Shown here in pieces: positions 9,954-19,261 of a stretch of DNA of 64,000 nt. A program made the position numbers and the translations under genes. The notes beneath the pieces are model-generated. The model was not told the origin of the DNA and ran no database searches. It saw only the letters and a program-made list of their open reading frames with translations. Numbering within the stretch: position 1 is the first letter of the stretch; each line of letters begins with the position of its first letter. Source of the DNA: Pseudanabaenales cyanobacterium (GTDB lineage: Bacteria > Cyanobacteriota > Cyanobacteriia > Pseudanabaenales > Pseudanabaenaceae); NCBI GenBank assembly GCA_038215315.1, contig JBBQRB010000001.1:3999-67998 (forward strand), given 5' to 3'.

Positions 9954-11060
9954 CTATTTTTTGGGTTCGTTAGGGTCAGCCCAACCGAGAAGATTGGACA
10001 GCCAGCCACGCTTTGGAGGTGGTGCGATCGGGGTAGTTTTAGAGCTTGAAGTATTAGACTTGGGGACACTTTTACTAGTTTGAGATGTACCTTTGCTACT
10101 GGTATTGCTTTGACTAGGGTTGCTTAACTCCTTGATATGCTTTAGTGCTAGCGGCTCTTGAGGATTGAGTTTTAGGGAGAGATTTAAGCTAATCTTCGCC
10201 ATCTGTGGTTGGTTAATATTTTTATAAACCACGCCTAGCATGGCGTGACACTTACTGTTATTTGGATCAATTTGCAAGATTTCGCGCAAATCTTTGAGGG
10301 CAGCTTTCCAATCCCCTTGACTCATATAGATTTCACAAACTTTTAAGCGATCGCCAATTCTATTACTAGATTTTGGGCTGCCTTTGGATTCTACATAGGA
10401 TTGGATCACTGTTGCATCGGGTTCATCTTGCTGGGTCGCTGATCCGAAGTTAGTCGGGCTAGGAGGTGGATAGGCGTAGATATTTGCGGTGGGGGCGGGA
10501 AGGTAGCTGACCGCTTTTGACTTGGGCGCAAGCACAGGGGGAAGACTAGGAACCCCATATTGATAGCCTTCTTTATAAAGAATATAAACCAGATTTAACT
10601 CGCTAATCTGAGCGGTATATTCCAGAATTGATGTGAGCGACTGATATTGTTTTTTGGCGATCGCAGACACAGCTCGTTCATAAGCACCATCGTTGGGAGC
10701 CATCATAAACTCGCAAGCGATGTCAGATTGAATAGGAACATTGCGTGATTTCTGCATTAGACGCTTCGCCAGTAATTTAAAAATCCCTTGATAAGCCTTA
10801 CGTTCTTCATCTTTCATCAGAATGTTGTAAGCAGGATTGACCAACTTTGCTAAGTATTGAGTAGCAATTTCTTTTTCGGTGGATGAAAATCCATAAACGT
10901 CAGGATGGAGTATTCGCGCAATACTCACATAAACATGGCGAATATAAATCGGACTGCAATTGATTGGCAAGCCTAAAGCCGCATAGTAGTCGTTGTTAAA
11001 CTGATTGATACCTCGATCAATGCGGATAAACTGAAGGTTTGGCTGACTAGGCTGATTCAT
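9954..11060 (-). CDS. J-domain (DnaJ class C) protein with C-terminal TPR
   Basis: DYYAALGL…LHPD…NPAYNIL J-domain; TPR (KCHAMLGVVY…LKLNP); paralog of 35909-36997. Confidence 0.85.
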   Translation of the reverse strand: MNQPSQPNLQFIRIDRGINQFNNDYYAALGLPINCSPIYIRHVYVSIARILHPDVYGFSSTEKEIATQYLAKLVNPAYNILMKDEERKAYQGIFKLLAKRLMQKSRNVPIQSDIACEFMMAPNDGAYERAVSAIAKKQYQSLTSILEYTAQISELNLVYILYKEGYQYGVPSLPPVLAPKSKAVSYLPAPTANIYAYPPPSPTNFGSATQQDEPDATVIQSYVESKGSPKSSNRIGDRLKVCEIYMSQGDWKAALKDLREILQIDPNNSKCHAMLGVVYKNINQPQMAKISLNLSLKLNPQEPLALKHIKELSNPSQSNTSSKGTSQTSKSVPKSNTSSSKTTPIAPPPKRGWLSNLLGWADPNEPKK

Positions 11061-11089
11061 GGTTCTCGCGGCTTCGCATCAGTTCGATA

Positions 11090-11148
11090 TAAACAAGATA
11101 CTGGATAGTGGCGGCGTTTTGCGCCGCCACTATCCAGTATCTTGTTTA
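11090..11148. repeat. Perfect 27-bp-stem palindrome with unique arms and GGCGGCG core
   Basis: TAAACAAGATACTGGATAGTGGCGGCG-TTTTG-CGCCGCCACTATCCAGTATCTTGTTTA. Confidence 0.9.
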
Positions 11149-11173
11149 GGTTTTTAACTTTAAGTATAAGTCC

Positions 11174-11225
11174 TAAGTAGATAAGCTGTGGCGCACGCTG
11201 CGCGTGCGCCACAGCTTTTTGGATT
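11174..11225. mobile_element. Truncated family-A MITE
   Basis: TAAGTAGATAAGCTGTGGCGCACGCTGCGCGTGCGCCACAGCTTTTTGG. Confidence 0.75.
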
Positions 11226-11230
11226 TCTAT

Positions 11231-12136
11231 TCAATAATGTAAAGGCAAAAGAGTTAAGGGTAATAAACTTAAACCCATCCAAAAAAGCGATCGCCATGCA
11301 AATTTTGGTAGTGGTTCAGGTTCAGCCAGTAAACTTTCAATGCGTTCTTCCAAGCGATCGCTTGCATTAGTCGCACCAAAAGCAGCCGCAAAGGTTTCAG
11401 TTAATTGCATATTGCTGCTAACCATCGCCAATAAAGACTCAGCAATTAGCAGATTATCTGTATATTCTACCGCCCAGCGATCTGCCCTCAGCTCTCGCAA
11501 TAATAACAATTCCTGCCATAGCAATTGTGTGTTAGGTAGCCAAGGCATAACTTGGCGCAGACACCCTAGCCAGAAAAACCAAAATGTATCGTGATAATGG
11601 GCATGGGCTTGCTCATGTAACAAAACAGCTTGAAGGTGTTGACGATCGAACCGCTCAAGTAATCCTTTGCTGACAAAAAGCTGCGATCGCCAAAATCCAA
11701 TTTGAGCCGCAAATAGCATTGGTATGTCCAGTAGTCTGACAATCTCGCTAGGCTTTTGGTTGGACTGACTAATCCAATCAATTTCTCTTTCTTCAACTAC
11801 TAGAGCTTGCAGCTTTCTGAGGGATAGCCATCCATCTAGCGCAAATTGGGTAGAACGCACGCCGCTGTAAATCAAAAATATCAGGGCGATCACATAGCTT
11901 AGTCTTCCTGCTTGCATACCGATCATTTGCCCTTCAGTTCCCATACATAGGACGGCGATCGCGGTCATTACCACCAGTAAAGGCGGTATGACAAAACATA
12001 CTAAAGCATTCTGCCAGCGAGTTTGCCAGCTTGCGCTAGTCTGGAGCTTCCCAAAGCTTTGACAGCCATAACGCAAGCCCCAAGCAAGGCAAAGCGATCC
12101 AAATATCATCACAAAATGTATCGATAGAAATGGCAT
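11231..12136 (-). CDS. petP: M56/M48 membrane metallopeptidase, PetP-like (copper-dependent plastocyanin/cytochrome c6 switch)
   Basis: HEQAH zinc motif; RELRAD; TM segments; downstream of a BlaI-family gene. Confidence 0.8.
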   Translation of the reverse strand: MPFLSIHFVMIFGSLCLAWGLRYGCQSFGKLQTSASWQTRWQNALVCFVIPPLLVVMTAIAVLCMGTEGQMIGMQAGRLSYVIALIFLIYSGVRSTQFALDGWLSLRKLQALVVEEREIDWISQSNQKPSEIVRLLDIPMLFAAQIGFWRSQLFVSKGLLERFDRQHLQAVLLHEQAHAHYHDTFWFFWLGCLRQVMPWLPNTQLLWQELLLLRELRADRWAVEYTDNLLIAESLLAMVSSNMQLTETFAAAFGATNASDRLEERIESLLAEPEPLPKFAWRSLFWMGLSLLPLTLLPLHY

Positions 12137-12140
12137 GGAT

Positions 12141-12566
12141 TTATCCTTCCTGCTGTTCGCGCGATTGACGAATGTTTTGCAAACGAGTAGCGATCGCCTC
12201 TAGTTTGTCGATGCTTGCGCGATCAAGATCATTGGCAAAGGCTGCCACCATATCAGCATTGCTTATCTCTAAAAAGCGATTGAGTTGGTCGTAGGCAGTT
12301 ATAGCTTGAGCCTCTTCTCGCAAAATTAGAGCTTGCCAATAGAGTGTACGCCCTTCTTTTTCGCATTTAATCCAGCCTTTTTGTTCAAGACGGCGTAATA
12401 CGGTCATCACTGAGCCATAGGCTAATTCGCGATCAGGATCAGCCAAAATGCGATCATGAATATTAGTCGCCCCTAGCCTTGTGCCATCCCAAATAATGTT
12501 CAGGATTTCTGTCTCTAACGGCCCTAGCGACAGATGCTTAGGTCGATACTTTGGTAGGGGAGTCAT
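12141..12566 (-). CDS. petR: BlaI/CopY family repressor, PetR-like
   Basis: YRPKHLSLGPLETEIL…DPDRELAY.SV.TVL.RL..KGW; resembles Synechocystis PetR as recalled. Confidence 0.85.
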   Translation of the reverse strand: MTPLPKYRPKHLSLGPLETEILNIIWDGTRLGATNIHDRILADPDRELAYGSVMTVLRRLEQKGWIKCEKEGRTLYWQALILREEAQAITAYDQLNRFLEISNADMVAAFANDLDRASIDKLEAIATRLQNIRQSREQQEG

Positions 12567-12643
12567 AGCTTGAGATACTTAGCATTACTGGCTTTAACTA
12601 TAGCAGTCCTGACTCATTGATGAGAACGGCGAGGGCTTTCGCA

Positions 12644-12703
12644 AAACCAATTTTGAGGTTTGTAGCACCTTTGACGCTACAAACCTCAAAATTGGTTTCA
12701 TAG
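12644..12703. repeat. Family-E palindrome
   Basis: AAACCAATTTTGAGGTTTGTAGCACC-TTT-GACGCTACAAACCTCAAAATTGGTTTCATA; related to 35507 and 58756. Confidence 0.8.
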
Positions 12704-12817
12704 TGAGAATTGCTGCGCTCACATAAAAAACACCAAAAGATAATCAGCAATACATCAAAGCTAACCTTGCCTATGGCAAGATTGAAATCAAGTCCAAGCT
12801 TCGCTGATAAATAACTT

Positions 12818-14941
12818 ATGAGTCTGACAACAGGGCAAATAATCGGTGGTCATTATCAAGTCATCGAGCGATTAGGGGGCGGTGGATTTGGCGAAACTTA
12901 TCTCTCCAAAGACTTACATTTGCCCGATCGCCCAAAACGGGTGATCAAGAGATTAAGTCCGCGCATTCAAGAAGCCAGTGTCTTGCAGATCTCGCGGCGA
13001 CTATTTGAGACTGAAGCTCAGGTTTTATACCGTTTGGGTACACATCCGCAAATTCCCCAACTATTTGCCCACTTTGAAGAGTTAGCAGAATTTTATTTGG
13101 TTCAGGAATATATAGATGGCAAAGATCTCGGTCATGAATTGCTGAGGGGGAAAATTTGGGAACAATTTACAATTGCTAATTTATTGCAAAGCCTGCTGAC
13201 CGTTCTAGATTTTGTGCATCAAAACAATGTCATTCATCGCGATATTAAGCCAGAAAACATTATTCGGCGGCGAGATGGACAACTATTTTTGATTGACTTT
13301 GGAGTGGTCAAAGAAATCGCTACCTCTAGCACAATCGTTATCGATCAGCCCATCAGCTCTTCCAACTATACGGTCGGTATTGGTACTCCTGGCTATATGC
13401 CTAGCGAACAAGCTCATGGCGAACCTAAATTTGCCAGCGATATTTACGCGATCGGGATGCTCGGCATTCAAGCGCTCACAGGAATTAGCCCTAGCCACTT
13501 AGGTAAGGACGACAATTTGGAAATACTCTGGCGACAGCAAGCTCCCAAAGTTTATCCAGAGTTTGCCGATATCCTATCGCAGATGGTCAAGTTCGATTTT
13601 CGACAACGTTATGCCACTGCCAGTGCAGCCTACAGAGCGATTAAGGAATTTTGCGATCGCTATCCGATTTCCAATGTAAACCACAGTTTACCAACTGTCC
13701 AAATCAGTAATGGTGGGAACTCAGTTAATTTAACAAATCAACAATCTACACATCTTAAAAATCCACAGGAGCGTAGTCTCACTTCCATACTAAACGAATC
13801 TTCAAACCCCATCCCTGTTACAGCCAAACTCAGAGACGCAAGCTCTAAGTTTCAAGAACCTGAACCTCCTCAATCAGCCTCTAAGCAATATTTTCAGCCT
13901 TGGCACTTGGGTTTAGGGCTAGTTACAATTTCCGCGATCGCCATCACATCAGCATATTTATTTGTCAATCCTAACCTCAGCCCCAACCGCCAAGAAAATT
14001 CTTCAGAACTTAATCTCAACCCTTCTTCAACCTCTAGATTTGACATTAGTTTCGTCAAGGAATTATTTAACAATCCAGAAAGTAATGACCCGATCTATGG
14101 AGTAGCAGTAAGTCCAACCAATAAACTATTAGCAGTGGCTAGCTCCAACCAAAGCATCGAACTATGGAACTTCGAGTCTGACAATAGCTTACGAATCCTG
14201 AAAGGACATAAAGGACGAGTTTATGATGTTTACTTCAGTCCAGACGGCACTAAGTTAGTAAGTGGAAGCGATAATGGTGAAATTATCATTTGGGATGTAG
14301 CTTCAGGCAAAATCATCCATAGTTTAATCGGTCAACAGGAGCGGATCTATACGACTATCTTCAGTCCTGATGGTCAGTTAGTAGTCAGTTGCAGTAGCGA
14401 TCGCAAGATCAGGATCTGGGATGTTAAATCTGGCAAGCAAATTAAGACGCTGCAAGAAAAGTCTTGGGTCTATGATGCCTCATTTGATCCTGACGGAAAG
14501 ACCTTGGTAAGTGGTTCACGAAGCGGAGCAATTCGATTGTGGAGTGTGGAAACAGGAAAACCAATTAAAACCATAGTTGAGAAAGGAACTCCAGTTCGAT
14601 CAATCGTCTACAGCAATGATGGCAAACTAATTGCCAGTGCAATGGAAGATAACACGGTGCGTCTCTGGGATGGAAAAACAGGGCAATTTGTAGAAGTCTT
14701 GACAGGGCATACTAATGAAGTGCATACAGTCGCCTTCAGCGAAGATAGTTCTTTACTTGCAAGTGGTAGCGCTGACAAGACTATTCGCGTGTGGGATGTC
14801 AAGACTAAGCGCTTATTACAAGTTCTATCGGATCATGAACTTGGCGTTGCCTCTGTGGATTTCAGCAAAGATGGAAAGTTCTTAATTAGTGGAAGTTTTG
14901 ATGGCAAGGTAAAAGTATGGCGAGTAGCTGACAACCGATAG
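12818..14941 (+). CDS. Ser/Thr protein kinase with TM segment and WD40 repeats
   Basis: LGGGGFG, HRDIKPEN, DFG; about 7 GH…WD repeats at the C-terminus. Confidence 0.93.
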   Translation: MSLTTGQIIGGHYQVIERLGGGGFGETYLSKDLHLPDRPKRVIKRLSPRIQEASVLQISRRLFETEAQVLYRLGTHPQIPQLFAHFEELAEFYLVQEYIDGKDLGHELLRGKIWEQFTIANLLQSLLTVLDFVHQNNVIHRDIKPENIIRRRDGQLFLIDFGVVKEIATSSTIVIDQPISSSNYTVGIGTPGYMPSEQAHGEPKFASDIYAIGMLGIQALTGISPSHLGKDDNLEILWRQQAPKVYPEFADILSQMVKFDFRQRYATASAAYRAIKEFCDRYPISNVNHSLPTVQISNGGNSVNLTNQQSTHLKNPQERSLTSILNESSNPIPVTAKLRDASSKFQEPEPPQSASKQYFQPWHLGLGLVTISAIAITSAYLFVNPNLSPNRQENSSELNLNPSSTSRFDISFVKELFNNPESNDPIYGVAVSPTNKLLAVASSNQSIELWNFESDNSLRILKGHKGRVYDVYFSPDGTKLVSGSDNGEIIIWDVASGKIIHSLIGQQERIYTTIFSPDGQLVVSCSSDRKIRIWDVKSGKQIKTLQEKSWVYDASFDPDGKTLVSGSRSGAIRLWSVETGKPIKTIVEKGTPVRSIVYSNDGKLIASAMEDNTVRLWDGKTGQFVEVLTGHTNEVHTVAFSEDSSLLASGSADKTIRVWDVKTKRLLQVLSDHELGVASVDFSKDGKFLISGSFDGKVKVWRVADNR

Positions 14942-14945
14942 AATA

Positions 14946-15013
14946 AAAACACAAAGCTGTGGCGAACGCTGCGCGTTCGCCACAGCTTTGTGTTTTTTTG
15001 GCGTACCTACTTA
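14946..15013. mobile_element. Family-A MITE copy between convergent genes
   Basis: AAAAACACAAAGCTGTGGCGAACGC-TGC-GCGTTCGCCACAGCTTTGTGTTTTT…GCGTACCTACTTA. Confidence 0.8.
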
Positions 15014-15019
15014 GGAGAT

Positions 15020-16699
15020 TTAAAATTCAAAATCAAAAGTAGGTTCAGCAAGTAGCTTGCCTAGTCCTAACTCTTTATCGTCAATTAGTCTTATTTCATA
15101 ATATCCCAAAATATGATGAGGGGCAGGATTACCTCGCGATGCTCCTGTGATTCCCATAGAGATGATTACGCAAATATTACCTTTGGTATTTTTTGCCCTT
15201 TGCTTCCATCGCTTATGATGCTCTCCACTTAGAGTAGATTTATCAAATTCGCTAAAGAGATGCAGATCTCCATTGCCCATAACCATAAGTCCGAGTTGAC
15301 AAGCGTTTCCCAAAATATCTTCAGCAGGATTAAAGCATAGGGATTGAATTCCCTCAAAAGACTTAATTTGTTCAATTAGCGCTAAGGCTTTTGGGCGAGA
15401 TGTCTGAATCAACAGCCCAGGTAAGCCTTCACCTTTTCTAGCAGTTGGCAGAGATTCAGAAAACTGATGATAAATAGTAGCTCTTTTTAAAAAGTCCACC
15501 TGTTCCCAAGGCATAGTCATCATGTGAATTAATGAGTTGTCTGGAAAGAGGTCTTCGCTAATTAATGGAGCGTCATCATCATCGTCATCATTACTTTCTT
15601 CAGAGAGCTGATTTAGCTCATGGGAAAGTTCAGCCATAGTTGAGACAGTTACTGAAATAGATTCTTCTACATCACTGTCGATATCGGGAGCGTATAGGGT
15701 ATAGGTATCAGAAAGATCACTGAAGCTAGATTTTAAGCGGTTGCTGTACTTTTCCCAAAAACTATTTAGGGCTTCAAGGGCAACAGTTAGGGAGATCGCC
15801 TCTTCGTCGTACAAATAGGGTCGTCCACCCTCAAGAGGATGCAATGCGCCATAGATCGGTTTGAAGGAAGCGACTGCAACTGACAAGGCGCGAATTTTAT
15901 TGCGAAAGGGGAGTGGGGGGAAATCGTCTTCTGATTCTAAATCTGGGGTTTCAAATAGATTGAATAGGCAATCTTGATGAAAAAATGTCTCTTCGATTTC
16001 ATCACTAGAGCTACCTAAGACAATACGGTGACGAAATTTGACTAAAGACTCTTCAGAACGATAAAAAATCGCCCCCTGCTCTAAGCCCATTTTCCCCATG
16101 ACAATCACATAAAATGTATCGATATCCCATCGATCCAGCTTGATTGAGATTACCTGATGATCCCACAGAATGTTCCAAGGCGCATTTTGCCAAAGCTTTT
16201 CGGATTGGCGACGTAGAGATGCCGCATAGCGATCTGGAATAACGGGAGGATCTACCGAAAAGCTTTCTAAAATGTGGGAAAAGATTTCGTCAATTAGAGG
16301 TAATCGTTCGACATATTCTACGGAAATACCTAAGTCTTGCAAAACGCCACGTAGATAAAACTGAAGTTCGCGATCGCAGACTAGAATTTTTTGTGGTAGG
16401 GATGGCTGTGCAGGACTCTGTGGATGCTCGATCGCTTGCAGCAATGCACGAACAAATGCTTCTTGCCCTACGCATGATTCCACCACGTCCATAGAGCGCA
16501 CCATTCCCATCGATCCATCGACCCACAAAATACAATGTGGCTTAGACTCTTCTTCTGGGGCATGGAGAGGGATAATGTTAGAAGAGTCTTGGGATTGACG
16601 CATCTTTGCGGGTAAGGCCCGGCGATCGCCCTCCCAAACCACAGATGATTGCTTGAGTTTTTTGAGGCGACGAAGTGTAGAACGGTTTAACGTGGTCAT
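15020..16699 (-). CDS. Conserved cyanobacterial hypothetical protein (DUF6930-like)
   Basis: 559-aa ORF; MTTLNRSTLRRLKKL…VWEGDRR N-terminus recalled from a conserved cyanobacterial family. Confidence 0.7.
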   Translation of the reverse strand: MTTLNRSTLRRLKKLKQSSVVWEGDRRALPAKMRQSQDSSNIIPLHAPEEESKPHCILWVDGSMGMVRSMDVVESCVGQEAFVRALLQAIEHPQSPAQPSLPQKILVCDRELQFYLRGVLQDLGISVEYVERLPLIDEIFSHILESFSVDPPVIPDRYAASLRRQSEKLWQNAPWNILWDHQVISIKLDRWDIDTFYVIVMGKMGLEQGAIFYRSEESLVKFRHRIVLGSSSDEIEETFFHQDCLFNLFETPDLESEDDFPPLPFRNKIRALSVAVASFKPIYGALHPLEGGRPYLYDEEAISLTVALEALNSFWEKYSNRLKSSFSDLSDTYTLYAPDIDSDVEESISVTVSTMAELSHELNQLSEESNDDDDDDAPLISEDLFPDNSLIHMMTMPWEQVDFLKRATIYHQFSESLPTARKGEGLPGLLIQTSRPKALALIEQIKSFEGIQSLCFNPAEDILGNACQLGLMVMGNGDLHLFSEFDKSTLSGEHHKRWKQRAKNTKGNICVIISMGITGASRGNPAPHHILGYYEIRLIDDKELGLGKLLAEPTFDFEF

Positions 16700-16871
16700 C
16701 GAAAGTTTTCTCTATGATTAGCCACTCTCTAGGTAAGACAATGAGAGTGCATTGATCGATTTAACTATGATATGACGAGAAATTACTAGATTTATTGAGA
16801 AAAATTTTGAAAGCCCCGCGAATCATTGCTTTCAAAATTTTCTCTAGAGTTTAACTTAACGCAAAGCTATG

Positions 16872-16969
16872 TATAGTTATCGCCAGTCTTGTTAGGATAT
16901 AAGACCCAAAAGAGAGAGGCGGCGCTCTCTTTTGGGTCTTATGTCCTGATCCAAGCGGCGACAGCTATA
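16872..16969. mobile_element. Family-B MITE (TATAG…GCTATA termini) with collapsed apex
   Basis: TATAGTTATCGCCAGTCTTGTTAGGA…CCCAAAAGAGAGAGGCGGCGCTCTCTTTTGGG…GGCGACAGCTATA. Confidence 0.8.
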
Positions 16970-17097
16970 TGAAAAGACTAAAATCGTTTTTCTAGCGATC
17001 GCTTTGCAGTTGCTATGATATTAATAGACATCGTAAAGGTGACTACATCTTTGATGAGCTTCTAACTTTTGAGATGTATCCGCACTTCAAGAAGTTG

Positions 17098-17178
17098 TTA
17101 CAGCACTCTACGCTGATATAAAACCCAGAGAAAATTTTAAAAGTGGCGCTAAGCGCCACTTTTAAAATTTTCTCTGTA
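17098..17178. repeat. Family-C palindrome
   Basis: TACAGCAC…CAGAGAAAATTTTAAAAGTGGCGC-TAA-GCGCCACTTTTAAAATTTTCTCTG. Confidence 0.8.
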
Positions 17179-17205
17179 CCATCTAAAATTAAATCTATAC
17201 TCTTT

Positions 17206-17421
17206 GTGTTTTTTATGGACGAGATAAAGCCGATTTTTAATGAGTTCGTGGAGCAACCAGTTGCTTTTTTAGGTGGACTCGTTTCGGGCTTCCTCAAGCT
17301 CGAGCTTCAGCAAGATCCCCTAAGAAGTTGGTTAGAAAAGCAAGGGGCAACATTGAAGACTCCTTATGCTGCTGGTGATAGCGGCAAAAATGATGGTCCT
17401 CAGTCAATTTCTATTGACTAG
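17206..17421 (+). CDS. Small conserved protein (UPF0426-like)
   Basis: PVAFLGGLVSGFLKL…DPLRSWL…PQSISID; start GTG 17206 or ATG 17215; the longer ORF start lies inside a repeat. Confidence 0.7.
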   Translation: MFFMDEIKPIFNEFVEQPVAFLGGLVSGFLKLELQQDPLRSWLEKQGATLKTPYAAGDSGKNDGPQSISID

Positions 17422-17505
17422 GAAAGTACTCGCAATCATATAAAATTTATAGCCATGTGGCTTTGCCACATGGCTATAAATTTTATTATTTCTGGTGCGG
17501 CGCTT

Positions 17506-18168
17506 ATGTGGTTTCCCTATTTCTTGCTAGCGATCGCTTATCTCCTTGGCTCATTTCCCACTGGCTATCTGGTAGGAAGAATTGCGGGTATTGACATTCG
17601 GGAACACGGCTCAGGCTCAACGGGAGCGACGAATATTTGGCGTTATGTTGGCAAAATTGCAGGTATTAGCGTTTTCGTGGTTGATTTTGCAAAGGGGGCG
17701 ATCGCGATTTATTTAATGCAATCAGCAAACTTTTTACAGACTTTACTTGTGAACTTATCGGGAAATGCTACTGTTAATCAAAATATTGGTAACTTATCAG
17801 TATTTGTGATTGGGGCAGGGATGCTAGCCATGATTGGTCATAGCTGTCCTGTTTGGTTGGGCTTTAAGGGTGGCAAATCAGTAGCCACGGGAGTAGGTAT
17901 TTTGGTAATGCTAAATTGGTTAGCTGCCATACTTGCCTTAAGTATTTGGTTAGTAACGATGGTGATTTGGCGAACCGTCTCGATTAGCTCAATTGCCTCT
18001 GCCGCGATCGCCCCAGTTTTTATGTGGACATTGCAAGAAAATATAATTTATTCAATGTTTGTGACCGTTGGCTGTGCCTTTGTGATTTGGCTGCATCGCT
18101 CCAATATTGAACGAATTCTCAATGGTACAGAATTCAGTTTTAAGTCAGATTCCAAACAAATTAATTAA
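17506..18168 (+). CDS. plsY: Glycerol-3-phosphate acyltransferase PlsY
   Basis: AYLLGSFP, DIREHGSGSTGATN, FKGGKSVATGVG, HRSNIERI; upstream ATGs lie in a hairpin. Confidence 0.95.
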   Translation: MWFPYFLLAIAYLLGSFPTGYLVGRIAGIDIREHGSGSTGATNIWRYVGKIAGISVFVVDFAKGAIAIYLMQSANFLQTLLVNLSGNATVNQNIGNLSVFVIGAGMLAMIGHSCPVWLGFKGGKSVATGVGILVMLNWLAAILALSIWLVTMVIWRTVSISSIASAAIAPVFMWTLQENIIYSMFVTVGCAFVIWLHRSNIERILNGTEFSFKSDSKQIN

Positions 18169-18182
18169 AACAGCACTTTGCA

Positions 18183-18343
18183 CTATAAAAACCAAGAAAC
18201 GAGTTGCGGCGCAACTCGTTTCTTGGTTTTGTGTCCTAACAAGACTAGCTACGGCTATAAAACCCAGAGAAACTTTTGAAAGCGCGACTTCGCCGCGCTT
18301 TCAAAAATTTCTCCATACTATACCAATGCCTCAATAGGCTGTA
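18183..18343. mobile_element. Tandem family-B/family-C MITE-like palindromes
   Basis: AAAACCAAGAAACGAGTTGC-GGC-GCAACTCGTTTCTTGGTTTT…GCTATA; TTTTGAAAGCGCGACTTCGCCGCGCTTTCAAAA…CCTCAATAGGCTGTA. Confidence 0.75.
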
Positions 18344-18348
18344 ATCAC

Positions 18349-19128
18349 ATGGCAAATATTAGGATTATTTTGGTCGAGACTGCGGGAGAACGAAATCTTG
18401 GCTCAGTTGCTAGAGTAATGAAAAACTTTGGTCTGAACGAACTATGGCTAGTCAATCCTCAGTGCGATCGCCTCAGCGAAGAGGCAAGAAATATGGCAGT
18501 CCATGCCCCTGAAATATTGGAACGCGCCATAGTTGTAGACAGCCTTCCCCAAGCGATCGCCAATTGCCAAAGGACGGTAGCAACCGCAGGTCGCATTGAT
18601 CAAGGTGAAATGCGGGTGAGCGATCCTATTCCTAGTTTGAGTTGGCTTGCCCAAGTAGATACCAGTGCGATCGTCTTTGGGGCGGAAGATCGGGGCTTGA
18701 GTAATCGGGAAATCCAATATTGCCAGCAAGTCATGCGTATCCCTGTCCATCCTGATTATCCGTCCCTCAATCTGGCGCAGGCGGTGGGGATTTGTTGCTA
18801 TCAAATACGGCAGTTAGAAGAGAGCAAAACAGCCGACTCTCAACTGCCACAACAACCCCTACAAAAATTGACTAGCCAAATCGCTCAAGATTTGCTAGAG
18901 TCAGCACCCATAGACCTAGCCAACCGTGCTGAGCTAGAAGTCTGCTATCAGCAACTCGAAGCCGTGCTGCTAAAGATTGGTTATGTATATCCCCATACGT
19001 CTACCCATCGATTGCGAAAATTTCGACATATCTTTGATCGTGCTAATTTGAGTGCATCAGAAGTGGCGATGCTGCGGGGGATTTTACGCCAAGTTAATTG
19101 GGCTACAGCGCATCTTGATTCAACATAA
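18349..19128 (+). CDS. trmJ: TrmJ/LasT family SPOUT RNA methyltransferase
   Basis: RNLGSVARVMKNFG; VFGAEDRGLSN; YPSLNLAQAV; MLRGILRQ. Confidence 0.88.
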   Translation: MANIRIILVETAGERNLGSVARVMKNFGLNELWLVNPQCDRLSEEARNMAVHAPEILERAIVVDSLPQAIANCQRTVATAGRIDQGEMRVSDPIPSLSWLAQVDTSAIVFGAEDRGLSNREIQYCQQVMRIPVHPDYPSLNLAQAVGICCYQIRQLEESKTADSQLPQQPLQKLTSQIAQDLLESAPIDLANRAELEVCYQQLEAVLLKIGYVYPHTSTHRLRKFRHIFDRANLSASEVAMLRGILRQVNWATAHLDST

Positions 19129-19261
19129 AGCTCCAATCCTTTAAAGTTGCGCTGCTGGGCGCAATTCTAAAGGATTGGACAAGTTGCTAAAATCTCGCAT
19201 TTGCAGCATCATTGACAAAAAAAATATCCGTAGAGACATTTGTATCGGAGTTATAAAAGCC

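Noticed and set aside
11188-11370. Small ORFs containing AHAARAPQLFGF (also 27764-27946), and the ORFs at 7023, 9901, 18107, 38054, 44235 and 60721
   Set aside because: They are translations of palindromic repeats or antisense overlaps with real genes, with no independent coding evidence.
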